Shown one piece after another: positions 55,379 through 64,000 of a stretch of DNA of 64,000 bases (within the stretch, counting starts at the first letter, position 1; every line of letters begins with the position of its first letter). The translations under genes and the position numbers were made by a program. The stretch covers positions 152 to 64,151 of the forward strand of contig JADLEF010000015.1 in NCBI GenBank assembly GCA_020846295.1, read 5' to 3'. Under the pieces are notes generated by a model. That model had not been told where the DNA came from. It saw nothing but the letters and a program-made list of their open reading frames with translations, and did not search any database. This stretch comes from Acidimicrobiales bacterium. Its GTDB lineage: Bacteria > Actinomycetota > Acidimicrobiia > Acidimicrobiales > CAIXPF01.

Positions 55379-56055
55379 GCGGCCGTCGTCGGGCCCGGTC
55401 GAGGGTTCGGCGCGAGCGCTGACCCGGTAGCCCATGCCCCGCACCGTCTCGATGACGTGCTCGCCGAGCTTCCTGCGCAGGTACCGCACGTAGACCTCGA
55501 CGATGTTCGAACCGGGGTCGAAGTCGTAGCCCCACACGTGGCTGAGCAGCTGCTCGCGCGACAACACGTGATCGGGGTGGCGGAGGAAGACCTCGAGCAG
55601 CGCGTACTCGCGGGCGCTGAGCTCCACCGTCCGGGAGCCGATCGTCGCCCGCCGGGTCCGCAGGTCGAGCACGAGCCCGCCCGCCCGCAGCTGGGTCACC
55701 TCCTCCTTGCCCGTGTCGCGCAGCCGGGCGCGGACACGGGCCAGGAGCTCCTCGAAGCTGAACGGCTTGGTGACGTAGTCATCGGCACCTCGCTCCAGGC
55801 CCTTCACGCGATCGGGCACGGCGTCGCGGGCGGTGAGGACGATCACGGGGAGGCGGTCCCCCCGCCGGCGGATCTCCGCCAGCGCGTCCATGCCGTCCTG
55901 GCCCGGCAGGCCGAGGTCCAGGATCACGAGGTCGAAGTCGCTGTCGCGCGCTGCGGCCGCGGCGGCGTGGCCGTCGTCGACGACGACGGTGGCGAAACCG
56001 TTGGCCCGCAGGCCCTTCTCGAGGAACGAGGCGATCCGGTGCTCGTCCTCGGCGA

Positions 56056-56071
<16 letters not shown>
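55370..56071 (-). CDS. OmpR/PhoB-family response regulator
   Basis: The receiver is MARILIAEDE...DLVILDLGLPGQDG...VIVLTA. The winged-helix C-terminus contains VEVYVRYLRRKL. Confidence 0.9.
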
Positions 56072-57601
<1,530 letters not shown>

Positions 57602-57615
<14 letters not shown>

Positions 57616-58084
57616 CGTCCGTCCCGCCACCGTCATCGGCACCGTCGTCGTCCGCGCCGCCGTCGTCAGCGCCGTTGTCGTCCGCGCCGTTGTCGTCATC
57701 GCCGCCGTCGTCATCGCCGCCGACCGGTGGCGGGGGCGCCGGCGCAGAAGACGGCGGTTGGACGGCGATGGACGGGGAGGCCGGCGGTCCGATCGGCGGC
57801 GCGGTGACGGGCGGCGCAGTGGGAGGTGACGCCGTCGTGACGGCCGGCGCCATCGAGACCGGTGGCGGCGCCAGGGTGGGGGTCGGCACCACCTGGGCAC
57901 CGTGGTTCGGCTCGCTGGTCAGCGGAGGATCCTCGACGAGGGGCAGGTCTTCGAGGTCGATGACCTCGACCGGCGCAGAGCCGGGGCCCTCCAGGGCGCG
58001 GGCCGCCGAGAAGCCGACCACCACCGCGACGAGGGCGGCGACCACCACGAGCACGACCCGGCCGACAACGTTCACCACAGCCAT
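57602..58084 (-). CDS. Membrane-anchored Pro-rich protein with a Gly/Asp-repeat C-terminus
   Basis: An N-terminal TM helix (VVGRVVLVVVAALVAVVVGF) is followed by a Pro/Ala/Thr-rich region and then DDDGGDDDNGADDNGADDGGADDDGADDGGGTDDDDG. It overlaps the kinase start by 14 nt. Confidence 0.5.
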
Positions 58085-58206
58085 CTTGTCGGGGTCGGAT
58101 GAGCCACACGTGGACGCGACATGAGAAGGTTCTCATGCTGGCGTGCTGCCACCCACGCACCGGGGCGGCGACACGATGTCGCGCCGCCGCCCTGCGGCCC
58201 CGTGGG

Positions 58207-58668
58207 TCAGTCGCTGTCGATGCTGTCGGGCGAGTCGGCCGAGACCGGCGAGTCGGCCACCGGAGCTGCGGGGGCTTCAGCCGTCTCCGCCGGCACCCAT
58301 GCCGGGCTGTCCTCGGCGCTCTCGTTCGGTGAATCAACCGACTCCGGCGACAGATCCACGAACCCAGCATCATCAGGGCTGTCGAACGGCGAATCCGCCG
58401 AATCCTCCACACTCTCGTTCGGCGAATCAACCGACTCCGGCGACAGATCCTCGAACCCCGCATCATCGGCGGCGAAGAAGTTGGTGGACAACGTGGTGGC
58501 GGACACCTGCTGCGTGCTGCGGAGCGCGGCCCGCTCCGACAGCTCGATCGGGGGCCGCTGGTCGTTCAGACCGAAGGCGAGGCCGGACGCCCCGGCGACA
58601 CCACCGACGGTCAGGCCGGCCAGGGCGGCACCTCCACCGATCAACTTCCAGCGAGTGGGCAATCCCAT
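58207..58668 (-). CDS. Exported or anchored, highly acidic Ser/Asp/Pro-rich repeat protein
   Basis: An N-terminal hydrophobic segment (LIGGGAALAGLTVGGVAGASGLAFG) is present. An internal duplicated 19-aa unit reads DDAGF(E/V)DLSPESVDSPNES. Confidence 0.5.
   Translation of the reverse strand: MGLPTRWKLIGGGAALAGLTVGGVAGASGLAFGLNDQRPPIELSERAALRSTQQVSATTLSTNFFAADDAGFEDLSPESVDSPNESVEDSADSPFDSPDDAGFVDLSPESVDSPNESAEDSPAWVPAETAEAPAAPVADSPVSADSPDSIDSD
58321..58468. repeat. Two 55-nt near-identical segments (58321-58375 and 58414-58468) with 93-bp periodicity inside the acidic protein gene
   Basis: CTCGTTCGG(T/C)GAATCAACCGACTCCGGCGACAGATCC(A/T)CGAACCC(A/C)GCATCATC is seen twice. Confidence 0.85.
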
Positions 58669-58749
58669 GATCGTTCTCCTTGTTCGAGGGGTTGAGGCAA
58701 CACTGCGATGCGGGGATGAAACAGAGCGAAGGGGTGGGTGAGAGATCGC

Positions 58750-59985
58750 TCATCGGCGCTCGAGCCGGCCGAGCCACTGGGCGGCCAGCTCGACGCGCCG
58801 GGCGGTGGCCTGCGGCCATAGCGGTTCGAGCACGCGGAACGGGCCGGTGGCCAGGCCGATGACCGCGGCGGCGATCCGGGCGCGCAGGTCGCCACGGTCG
58901 AAGCGGGCCTCGGCGTGGGCGAGGAGGTCCGCGCCGTAGCGCCTGATGACTGCGGGCCGCTCCGAGACCGTCGCCAGCACGGAGAGGTGGGCGCACAGGT
59001 TGGCCAGGTCCTCGATTCGCTGGCCGGCGCCGGCGGTGTCGACGTCGAGCAGCGCGCTCACCCGACCACCGTCGACGAGCAGCTGCGCTTCGTAGAGATC
59101 GCCGTGCACGGCGACGAGCTCGTGGTCCTGCACCACCCGCTCACCGATGGTGGCGACCAGCTCATCGAGCCGACCCTGCAACGACGGCTGCACCGAGGCG
59201 ATCACCGTGGCGTGGTGCTCGGCGGCGACGGCCAGCGACCGCCGCCGGGAGCCGGCGGCGAGCTCGGCGGGCAGGCGATCCAGCAGCGCGTCGATGGCGG
59301 CCGGCGCCGGGAGCCGGGCCTCGCCCGAGCGGAGGAGCTCCCGCAGCGTCCGCCCGGCCAGTCCCGGCAGCACCAGGATTCCGTCGTCGGTCCAGCCGAG
59401 GCTGTCCGGTACGGGCAGCGCGGCTGCCATCGACCGGTGCGTGCGGTGCAGTGCTGACACCGTCGCAGGTCGCACGACCTTCAGGAACAGCCGGCCTCGC
59501 CGTCCCGTCGCCTCCACCACCGCCCGCCGACCGGGACGGTAGGCCCGGACCCGCAGCTGCACTGCGCCGCCGCCCAGGCCCAGATCGTCGAGCAGGGCGG
59601 CGACGCTCGGCCGGTCGAGCGCGGTGGCCAGGCCCGGCAGGGCGGGATCGATCGGCCACCGCCACACGCCGACGGTGGTGTCGCCGTCGGCGAAGCGCGC
59701 GACCCCATCCGGGATCCGGGCCCCGGTGGCGGCGACGATCGTCTCCGAGGTGCACCTCCGATCGGGCCACACCACCTCGGCGCGGTACTGCACGATCGTC
59801 GATCGCTCAGGTTGGTGGGTGACGGTGCGGGGCTGCCAGCTCTGCAGCCGACCGCCCGCGGCCTCGGTCGCCGCCGCCAGGATGGCGCCGGCATCCTCGC
59901 CGAGCAGGAGGCGCAGCTGGCGCGGCCGGAACTCGGACGCGACGCGGCCGTGCGGGGGGTGCGTGAAGGGCGCGACGGTGGTCAT
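58750..59985 (-). CDS. Aminoglycoside-phosphotransferase (APH)/kinase-fold family protein
   Basis: VHGDLYEAQLLV and LLDVDTAGAGQRIEDLANL resemble the APH catalytic and Mg-binding loops. ATG at 59985. Confidence 0.7.
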   Translation of the reverse strand: MTTVAPFTHPPHGRVASEFRPRQLRLLLGEDAGAILAAATEAAGGRLQSWQPRTVTHQPERSTIVQYRAEVVWPDRRCTSETIVAATGARIPDGVARFADGDTTVGVWRWPIDPALPGLATALDRPSVAALLDDLGLGGGAVQLRVRAYRPGRRAVVEATGRRGRLFLKVVRPATVSALHRTHRSMAAALPVPDSLGWTDDGILVLPGLAGRTLRELLRSGEARLPAPAAIDALLDRLPAELAAGSRRRSLAVAAEHHATVIASVQPSLQGRLDELVATIGERVVQDHELVAVHGDLYEAQLLVDGGRVSALLDVDTAGAGQRIEDLANLCAHLSVLATVSERPAVIRRYGADLLAHAEARFDRGDLRARIAAAVIGLATGPFRVLEPLWPQATARRVELAAQWLGRLERR

Positions 59986-60102
59986 GGCCGGCACTGTGCG
60001 CCATGCGGATGGGCGCACCCTGAACCCAGGATGAGCGTGCTCTCATCATCGGCACCTCGACCTCACCCGCAGCGGCGCCACCCGAGTCCGGCGCGGTGCG
60101 GG

Positions 60103-60549
60103 TCACGGTCGGCGCTCGTACACGATGAACCCGAGGTCCTCGGCGAGCTTGTCGTACAGGGCCCGGCCTGCGGTGTTGGACCGGTGGGTCTGCCAGTAGA
60201 GCTTGTCCGACCCCGCACGGCGAGCTGCCGCCGCGGTGGCCTCGATGAGGGCGCGGCCGACGCCACCGCCCCGATGACCGGGGTCGGTGAACAGGTCCTC
60301 GAGGTAGCAGTAGGACGTGGCCGACCACGTCGAGCGGTGGAACAGGTAGTGGCAGATCCCGACCAGTGCGCCGTCCCGCTCGGCGCCGATGGCATGGAGC
60401 GGCTCGTCGACCGAGAAGAACCGTCGCCACGTGCTGTCGGTGACCTCCGGGTCCGGCGTCACCGCGTAGAACTCCAGGTACCCGGCCCAGAGCACGTTCC
60501 ATCGGGGACGATCGGCGGGGATCAGTGGACGGACCACGACATCGGGCAT
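60103..60549 (-). CDS. GNAT-family N-acetyltransferase
   Basis: YLEDLFTDPGHRGGGVGRALIE is the acetyl-CoA binding motif A. The product is 148 aa. Confidence 0.85.
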   Translation of the reverse strand: MPDVVVRPLIPADRPRWNVLWAGYLEFYAVTPDPEVTDSTWRRFFSVDEPLHAIGAERDGALVGICHYLFHRSTWSATSYCYLEDLFTDPGHRGGGVGRALIEATAAAARRAGSDKLYWQTHRSNTAGRALYDKLAEDLGFIVYERRP

Positions 60550-60657
60550 CCGCCCATCATCGTCGGCCGCCCCGGTGGACGCGGGCCTCGCCCACCACCG
60601 GGCTGCTCGACCGAGGTCGTCTCGGCCTTCGGCGCCGTGCGGCCCGCCAGCGCCGTG

Positions 60658-61458
60658 CTACGCCATGCTCCTCGGTATGCTGACGGTGACGGTGAGGCCA
60701 CCACCGGGCGTGTCGTCGAGACGCAGCTCGCCGTGCAGCAGCTCGAGCAGCCCGTGGGCGACGGCGAGCCCCAGGCCGATGCCGGCGTTGCCCTCACCGT
60801 CCCCCAGCCGCTGGAACGGTCGTAGCGCGGCAGCGCGATCCGCCCTCGGTATGCCCGGGCCCCGATCGATCACCAGCAGCTCGACGCGGTCGCCGATCGC
60901 GCCGCCGCAGACACGCACCGCGCTGCCCTCCGGGCTGTGGCGCGCCGCGTTGGTGAGCAGGTTGGCGATGATCCGCTCGAGCAGCACCGGGTCGGTGTTC
61001 GCCTCGGGTAGGTCCTCGGGGAGGTCGATGTCGAGCTCGACACCGAGCGGGGGCACGCTCGCCAGCGCGCCGGCCACCACGTCGTCGAGCGCGACGGGGC
61101 CCATCGACAGGGAGATCGCGCCCGCCTGGAGACGGCTGGCATCGAGGAGGTTGCCCACGAGGCGGTTGAGGCGGTCGCACTCCTCGTCGATGGTGCGCAG
61201 GAAGTCGCGCTGCTGGCCGGCGTCCCACGTCACATCGTCCTGCAGGAGGCTGGTCACCGACGCCTTGATGCCTGCGAGCGGGCTGCGCAGGTCGTGGGAG
61301 ACGCTGCGCAGCAGACCGACGCGCATCGCGTCGGCCTGGGCCACCACATCCAGCCGCGCCGCGTCGGCTCGAAGCCGGCCGGCTTCGAGCACCGCGGCCG
61401 CCTGGCCGACGAACGCGGCGATCAGCTGGCGCAGGTCGGTCTCGATGCTGTCACCCAC
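60658..61458 (-). CDS. kdpD: KdpD C-terminal portion (end of GAF-like region, HisKA, HATPase_c). It is in frame with the upstream KdpD ORF and separated from it by a TAG.
   Basis: The H-box is LRSVSHDLRSPLAGI, the N-box is ANLLTNAARHS, and GLGLAVAHGL is present. The GTG at 61458 has no evident SD. Confidence 0.8.
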   Translation of the reverse strand: MGDSIETDLRQLIAAFVGQAAAVLEAGRLRADAARLDVVAQADAMRVGLLRSVSHDLRSPLAGIKASVTSLLQDDVTWDAGQQRDFLRTIDEECDRLNRLVGNLLDASRLQAGAISLSMGPVALDDVVAGALASVPPLGVELDIDLPEDLPEANTDPVLLERIIANLLTNAARHSPEGSAVRVCGGAIGDRVELLVIDRGPGIPRADRAAALRPFQRLGDGEGNAGIGLGLAVAHGLLELLHGELRLDDTPGGGLTVTVSIPRSMA

Positions 61459-61494
61459 CAGGACGAGCTGGGTCTGCCGGTCGAAGGTGAAGTG

Positions 61495-63153
61495 CTAACC
61501 GTCTGCGGGATCGTCGGGCAGCGGCTCACCGCTGCCGGCCGTCACCGTCCACCGGTCGCCACGGCGCTGGAGGAGGGCGACCGCGTCGAGGCCGAAGGTG
61601 ACCCTGATGTTGTCCATCAAGGCCGGGAGGGTCTCGGTGCCGCCGGCCAGAGCACCGGCGGTCCGGGCCAGCGCTTCCGCCTCGGCGCGGGCCCGCTCCG
61701 CATCGCGGCCGCGCTGGGCGAGGCGTTGCGCAGCAGCGCTCGCCGCCGCCGCGAAGGCGAGGAAGCCGATCAGCGACACCACGTTCTCCGGCTCGGTCAC
61801 CGTGAAGGTCCGCACCGGAGCGATGAAGTAGTAGTTCTCGAGCAGGAAGGCCGCCACCGCGGTCACGCTGCCCGCCACGGTTCCTCCGACCACGGTGGCC
61901 GCCACGGTGATCACCAGGAACGCGAGGTACACCGTCGAGATCTCGACGCGGTCACCGGCGGCCACCAACAGCACCGTCGCCACCAGCAGGGCGACGACAC
62001 CGAGGAGCAGGCCGGCCAGGCGTCGGCGCAGCGGGGTAGGGTCGACGCGGCGCCGGGGGCGGCGCAGCACGGGGGCGCGCTCGCCCCGCGCCGGGGAGAT
62101 CACGTGCACGTCGATGCCCTCGGCGCGGCCGACCACGCGCTCGATCACACCTCCCTGGGTGAGCCGTTGCCAGCGGGAGCGGGCGGTCGCGCCCAGCATG
62201 ACCTGCGTCGCTCGCTCGCCCCGGGCAAAGGCGATGATGGCCTTCGCCGGGTCGTCGTCGACCACTTGGTGGAACACGCCGCCGAGGTCGCGCACCAGCG
62301 CGGCGTGCCGGTCGAGCTCGTCGGAGCCGGCTCGCAGCCCGCTCGCCGGGGAGACGTGCAGCGCAACCAGATCGGCCCGCACCCGCGCCGCGAGGCGGGC
62401 GGCCCGCCGGATCAACTCATCGCCGCCCGGCGCACCGGACACGGCGACGACGATGCGCTCCCGCGTCTCCCACGTCCCGGCGATGCCGTGCTGTTCGAGG
62501 TAGTCCTGCAGCGACTCGTCGACCTTGTCCGCCACCCACAACAGGGCCAGCTCCCGCAGCGCAGCGAGGTTGCCTGGCCGGAAGTAGTTGGTGAGGGCGG
62601 CGTCGATGCGCTCGGGCGGGTAGATGTTGCCGTGGGCCATGCGACGCCGCAGCGCCTCGGGCGTCATGTCGACCAGTTCGACCTGCTCCGCCTGGCGCAC
62701 CACCACATCGGGCACGGTCTCGAGCTGGCGGACGCCGGTGATGCGCGCCACGACATCGTTGACCGATTCGAGATGCTGCACGTTCACCGTGCTGATGACG
62801 TTGATGCCGGCGTCGAGCAGCGCCTCCACGTCCTGCCAGCGCTTGGAGTTGCCGCTGCCCGGCGCGTTGGTGTGGGCCAGTTCGTCGACCAGCACCACCT
62901 GGGGCCGCCGGGCCAGCACCGCATCGAGGTCCATCTCCTCGAGCACCGCGCCGCGGTGGGTCAGCCTCCGCCGGGGCACGATCTCGAGGTCGCGCAGCTG
63001 TTCGGCGGTGCGGGCCCGGCCGTGGGTCTCCACGTAGCCGACGACCACATCGGTGCCGCGGGCCCGACGCCGGAAGCCCTCGTCCAGCATCGCGTAGGTC
63101 TTGCCCACCCCCGGTGCCGCACCCAGGTAGATGCGCAACTCACCACGGCTCAT
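61495..63153 (-). CDS. kdpD: KdpD N-terminal portion (KdpD sensor domain with P-loop, Usp-like domain, four-helix TM block). It ends at an in-frame TAG at 61495-61497.
   Basis: LRIYLGAAPGVGKTYAML, VDELAHTN and INVISTVNVQHLES are KdpD N-domain motifs. The gene follows kdpC. Confidence 0.85.
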   Translation of the reverse strand: MSRGELRIYLGAAPGVGKTYAMLDEGFRRRARGTDVVVGYVETHGRARTAEQLRDLEIVPRRRLTHRGAVLEEMDLDAVLARRPQVVLVDELAHTNAPGSGNSKRWQDVEALLDAGINVISTVNVQHLESVNDVVARITGVRQLETVPDVVVRQAEQVELVDMTPEALRRRMAHGNIYPPERIDAALTNYFRPGNLAALRELALLWVADKVDESLQDYLEQHGIAGTWETRERIVVAVSGAPGGDELIRRAARLAARVRADLVALHVSPASGLRAGSDELDRHAALVRDLGGVFHQVVDDDPAKAIIAFARGERATQVMLGATARSRWQRLTQGGVIERVVGRAEGIDVHVISPARGERAPVLRRPRRRVDPTPLRRRLAGLLLGVVALLVATVLLVAAGDRVEISTVYLAFLVITVAATVVGGTVAGSVTAVAAFLLENYYFIAPVRTFTVTEPENVVSLIGFLAFAAAASAAAQRLAQRGRDAERARAEAEALARTAGALAGGTETLPALMDNIRVTFGLDAVALLQRRGDRWTVTAGSGEPLPDDPADG

Positions 63154-63171
63154 CGACGGGCTCCGCTGCGG

Positions 63172-63747
63172 TCAGCCGGCGCTGTCGAGCGCCAGGTTGA
63201 GGGCGAGCACGTTGACCCGCCGCTCGCCGAGGAACCCGAGCGTCGCTCCGGCGGTGTGAGCGTGGACCAACGCCTCGACCCCGGCGACGGGCAGGTCGCG
63301 GGCGGCGGCGACGCGGGGGGCCTGCAACAGCGCGTTGGCCAGGGAGATGTCCGGATCGAGGCCCGATCCCGATGCGGTGACCGCGTCCACCGGGACGGCG
63401 ACGCCGGGCGCGAGCCCGTTGGCGGCGCGGTAGGCGGCGACCCGCTCGGCGACCGTTTCGGTCAACGCCGGGTTGGTCGGTCCCAGGTTGGAGCCGCCGG
63501 ATGCGGCGCCGTCATACCCGTCGGTACCGGCCGCCGAGGGCCGCGGCGTGAAGTAGCGGGGGTCGGCGAAGCGTTGGCCCAGCAGCTCCGAGCCGACGGC
63601 CACCCCGTTCCGGCGTACGAGGGAGCCATCGGCTTGATGGCCGAAGGCGAGCTGCCCGATGGCGGTCGCCAGCAACGGGTAGGCGATACCGCACAGGATG
63701 GTGAACACCACCACGGCGAGCACGGCGGGGACGAGTTGGCGGCGCAT
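63172..63747 (-). CDS. kdpC: Potassium-transporting ATPase subunit C
   Basis: The product is 191 aa with an N-terminal TM helix. [11 protein letters not shown] and [11 protein letters not shown] are KdpC motifs. Confidence 0.9.
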   Translation of the reverse strand: MRRQLVPAVLAVVVFTILCGIAYPLLATAIGQLAFGHQADGSLVRRNGVAVGSELLGQRFADPRYFTPRPSAAGTDGYDGAASGGSNLGPTNPALTETVAERVAAYRAANGLAPGVAVPVDAVTASGSGLDPDISLANALLQAPRVAAARDLPVAGVEALVHAHTAGATLGFLGERRVNVLALNLALDSAG

Positions 63748-63748
63748 G

Positions 63749-64000
63749 TCAGTGCACTCCCAGGGCGGTGAGGACGACGTCGATCAGCTTGATGCCCACG
63801 AACGGCACGATGATGCCCCCGAGGCCGTAGACGGTGAGGTTGCGGCGCAGCACCGTGGCGGCGCCGGCGGCGCGGAACCTCACGCCCCGCAACGCCAGCG
63901 GGACGAGCCCGATGATCACCAGCGCGTTGAAGATCACCGCCGCCAGGATGGCTGAGCGGGCGCTGGCCAGGCCCATGACGTTCAGCCGGTCCAACTGCGG
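63749..64000 (-). CDS. kdpB: Potassium-transporting ATPase subunit B, 3' end (partial; continues beyond the window)
   Basis: [25 protein letters not shown]...[24 protein letters not shown] matches the conserved KdpB C-terminus. The stop lies 1 nt before the kdpC ATG. Confidence 0.9.
   Translation of the reverse strand, partial: PQLDRLNVMGLASARSAILAAVIFNALVIIGLVPLALRGVRFRAAGAATVLRRNLTVYGLGGIIVPFVGIKLIDVVLTALGVH

Noticed and set aside
57616-57900. 95-aa N-terminal extension of the histidine kinase ORF
   Set aside because: It is an Arg/Thr/Pro-rich translation that overlaps the Gly/Asp-repeat gene in another frame. The kinase's first TM helix and basic N-terminus follow the ATG at 57615.

Overview
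High-GC (about 70%) actinobacterial-type chromosomal segment, possibly Acidimicrobiia-like (low confidence). It is densely coded on both strands with about 60 genes. I found no rRNA, tRNA or CRISPR array. Many long ORFs in the six-frame track are Arg/Gly/Pro-rich antisense artefacts of the GC content. I accepted an ORF only where its translation shows family motifs, a plausible start with a Shine-Dalgarno sequence, or coherent membrane or secretion features.

Layout:
- 1-3200: envelope genes (tail of a large exported protein, an Excalibur/LPXTG protein, a Wzx-like flippase).
- 3700-5850: mobile-DNA scar. A decayed rve-type IS sits next to a DUF222/HNH endonuclease gene bracketed by inverted repeats.
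- 5900-20200 and 27000-45700: long accessory catabolic stretches. These hold CaiB-type CoA-transferases, amidohydrolases, SDRs, a TauD, a BVMO, a thiolase with DUF35, MBL, GMC and cupin enzymes, orphan solute-binding proteins, MFS pumps, and MarR/TetR/ArsR regulators.
- 30945-32561: a lone MCP-like sensor.
- 55370-58668: an OmpR/HK two-component operon preceded by two acidic low-complexity exported proteins.
- 60658-64000: the 3' end of a kdp locus (kdpB', kdpC, kdpD).

Most notable observations:
1. Overlap-coupled module at 20384-26140: a small TM protein, a PEP-utilising enzyme with rifampin-phosphotransferase-like architecture, and a PAP2 + polytopic + PhoD fusion phosphatase.
2. A divergent DisA_N (diadenylate-cyclase-like) protein with an unknown N-terminal domain at 47791-48792.
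3. Two genes (kdpD and a membrane protein) each interrupted by a single in-frame TAG, with coding signal continuing in the same frame.
4. A PIG-L ORF with no stop codon, which runs about 920 nt into the next gene.
5. A 46-aa basic ORF with a strong SD that is absent from the ORF track.
6. A (GGGGTC)8 microsatellite encoding (PD)8 at the kinase/regulator junction.

All family assignments come from motif recognition by eye, not from database searches.
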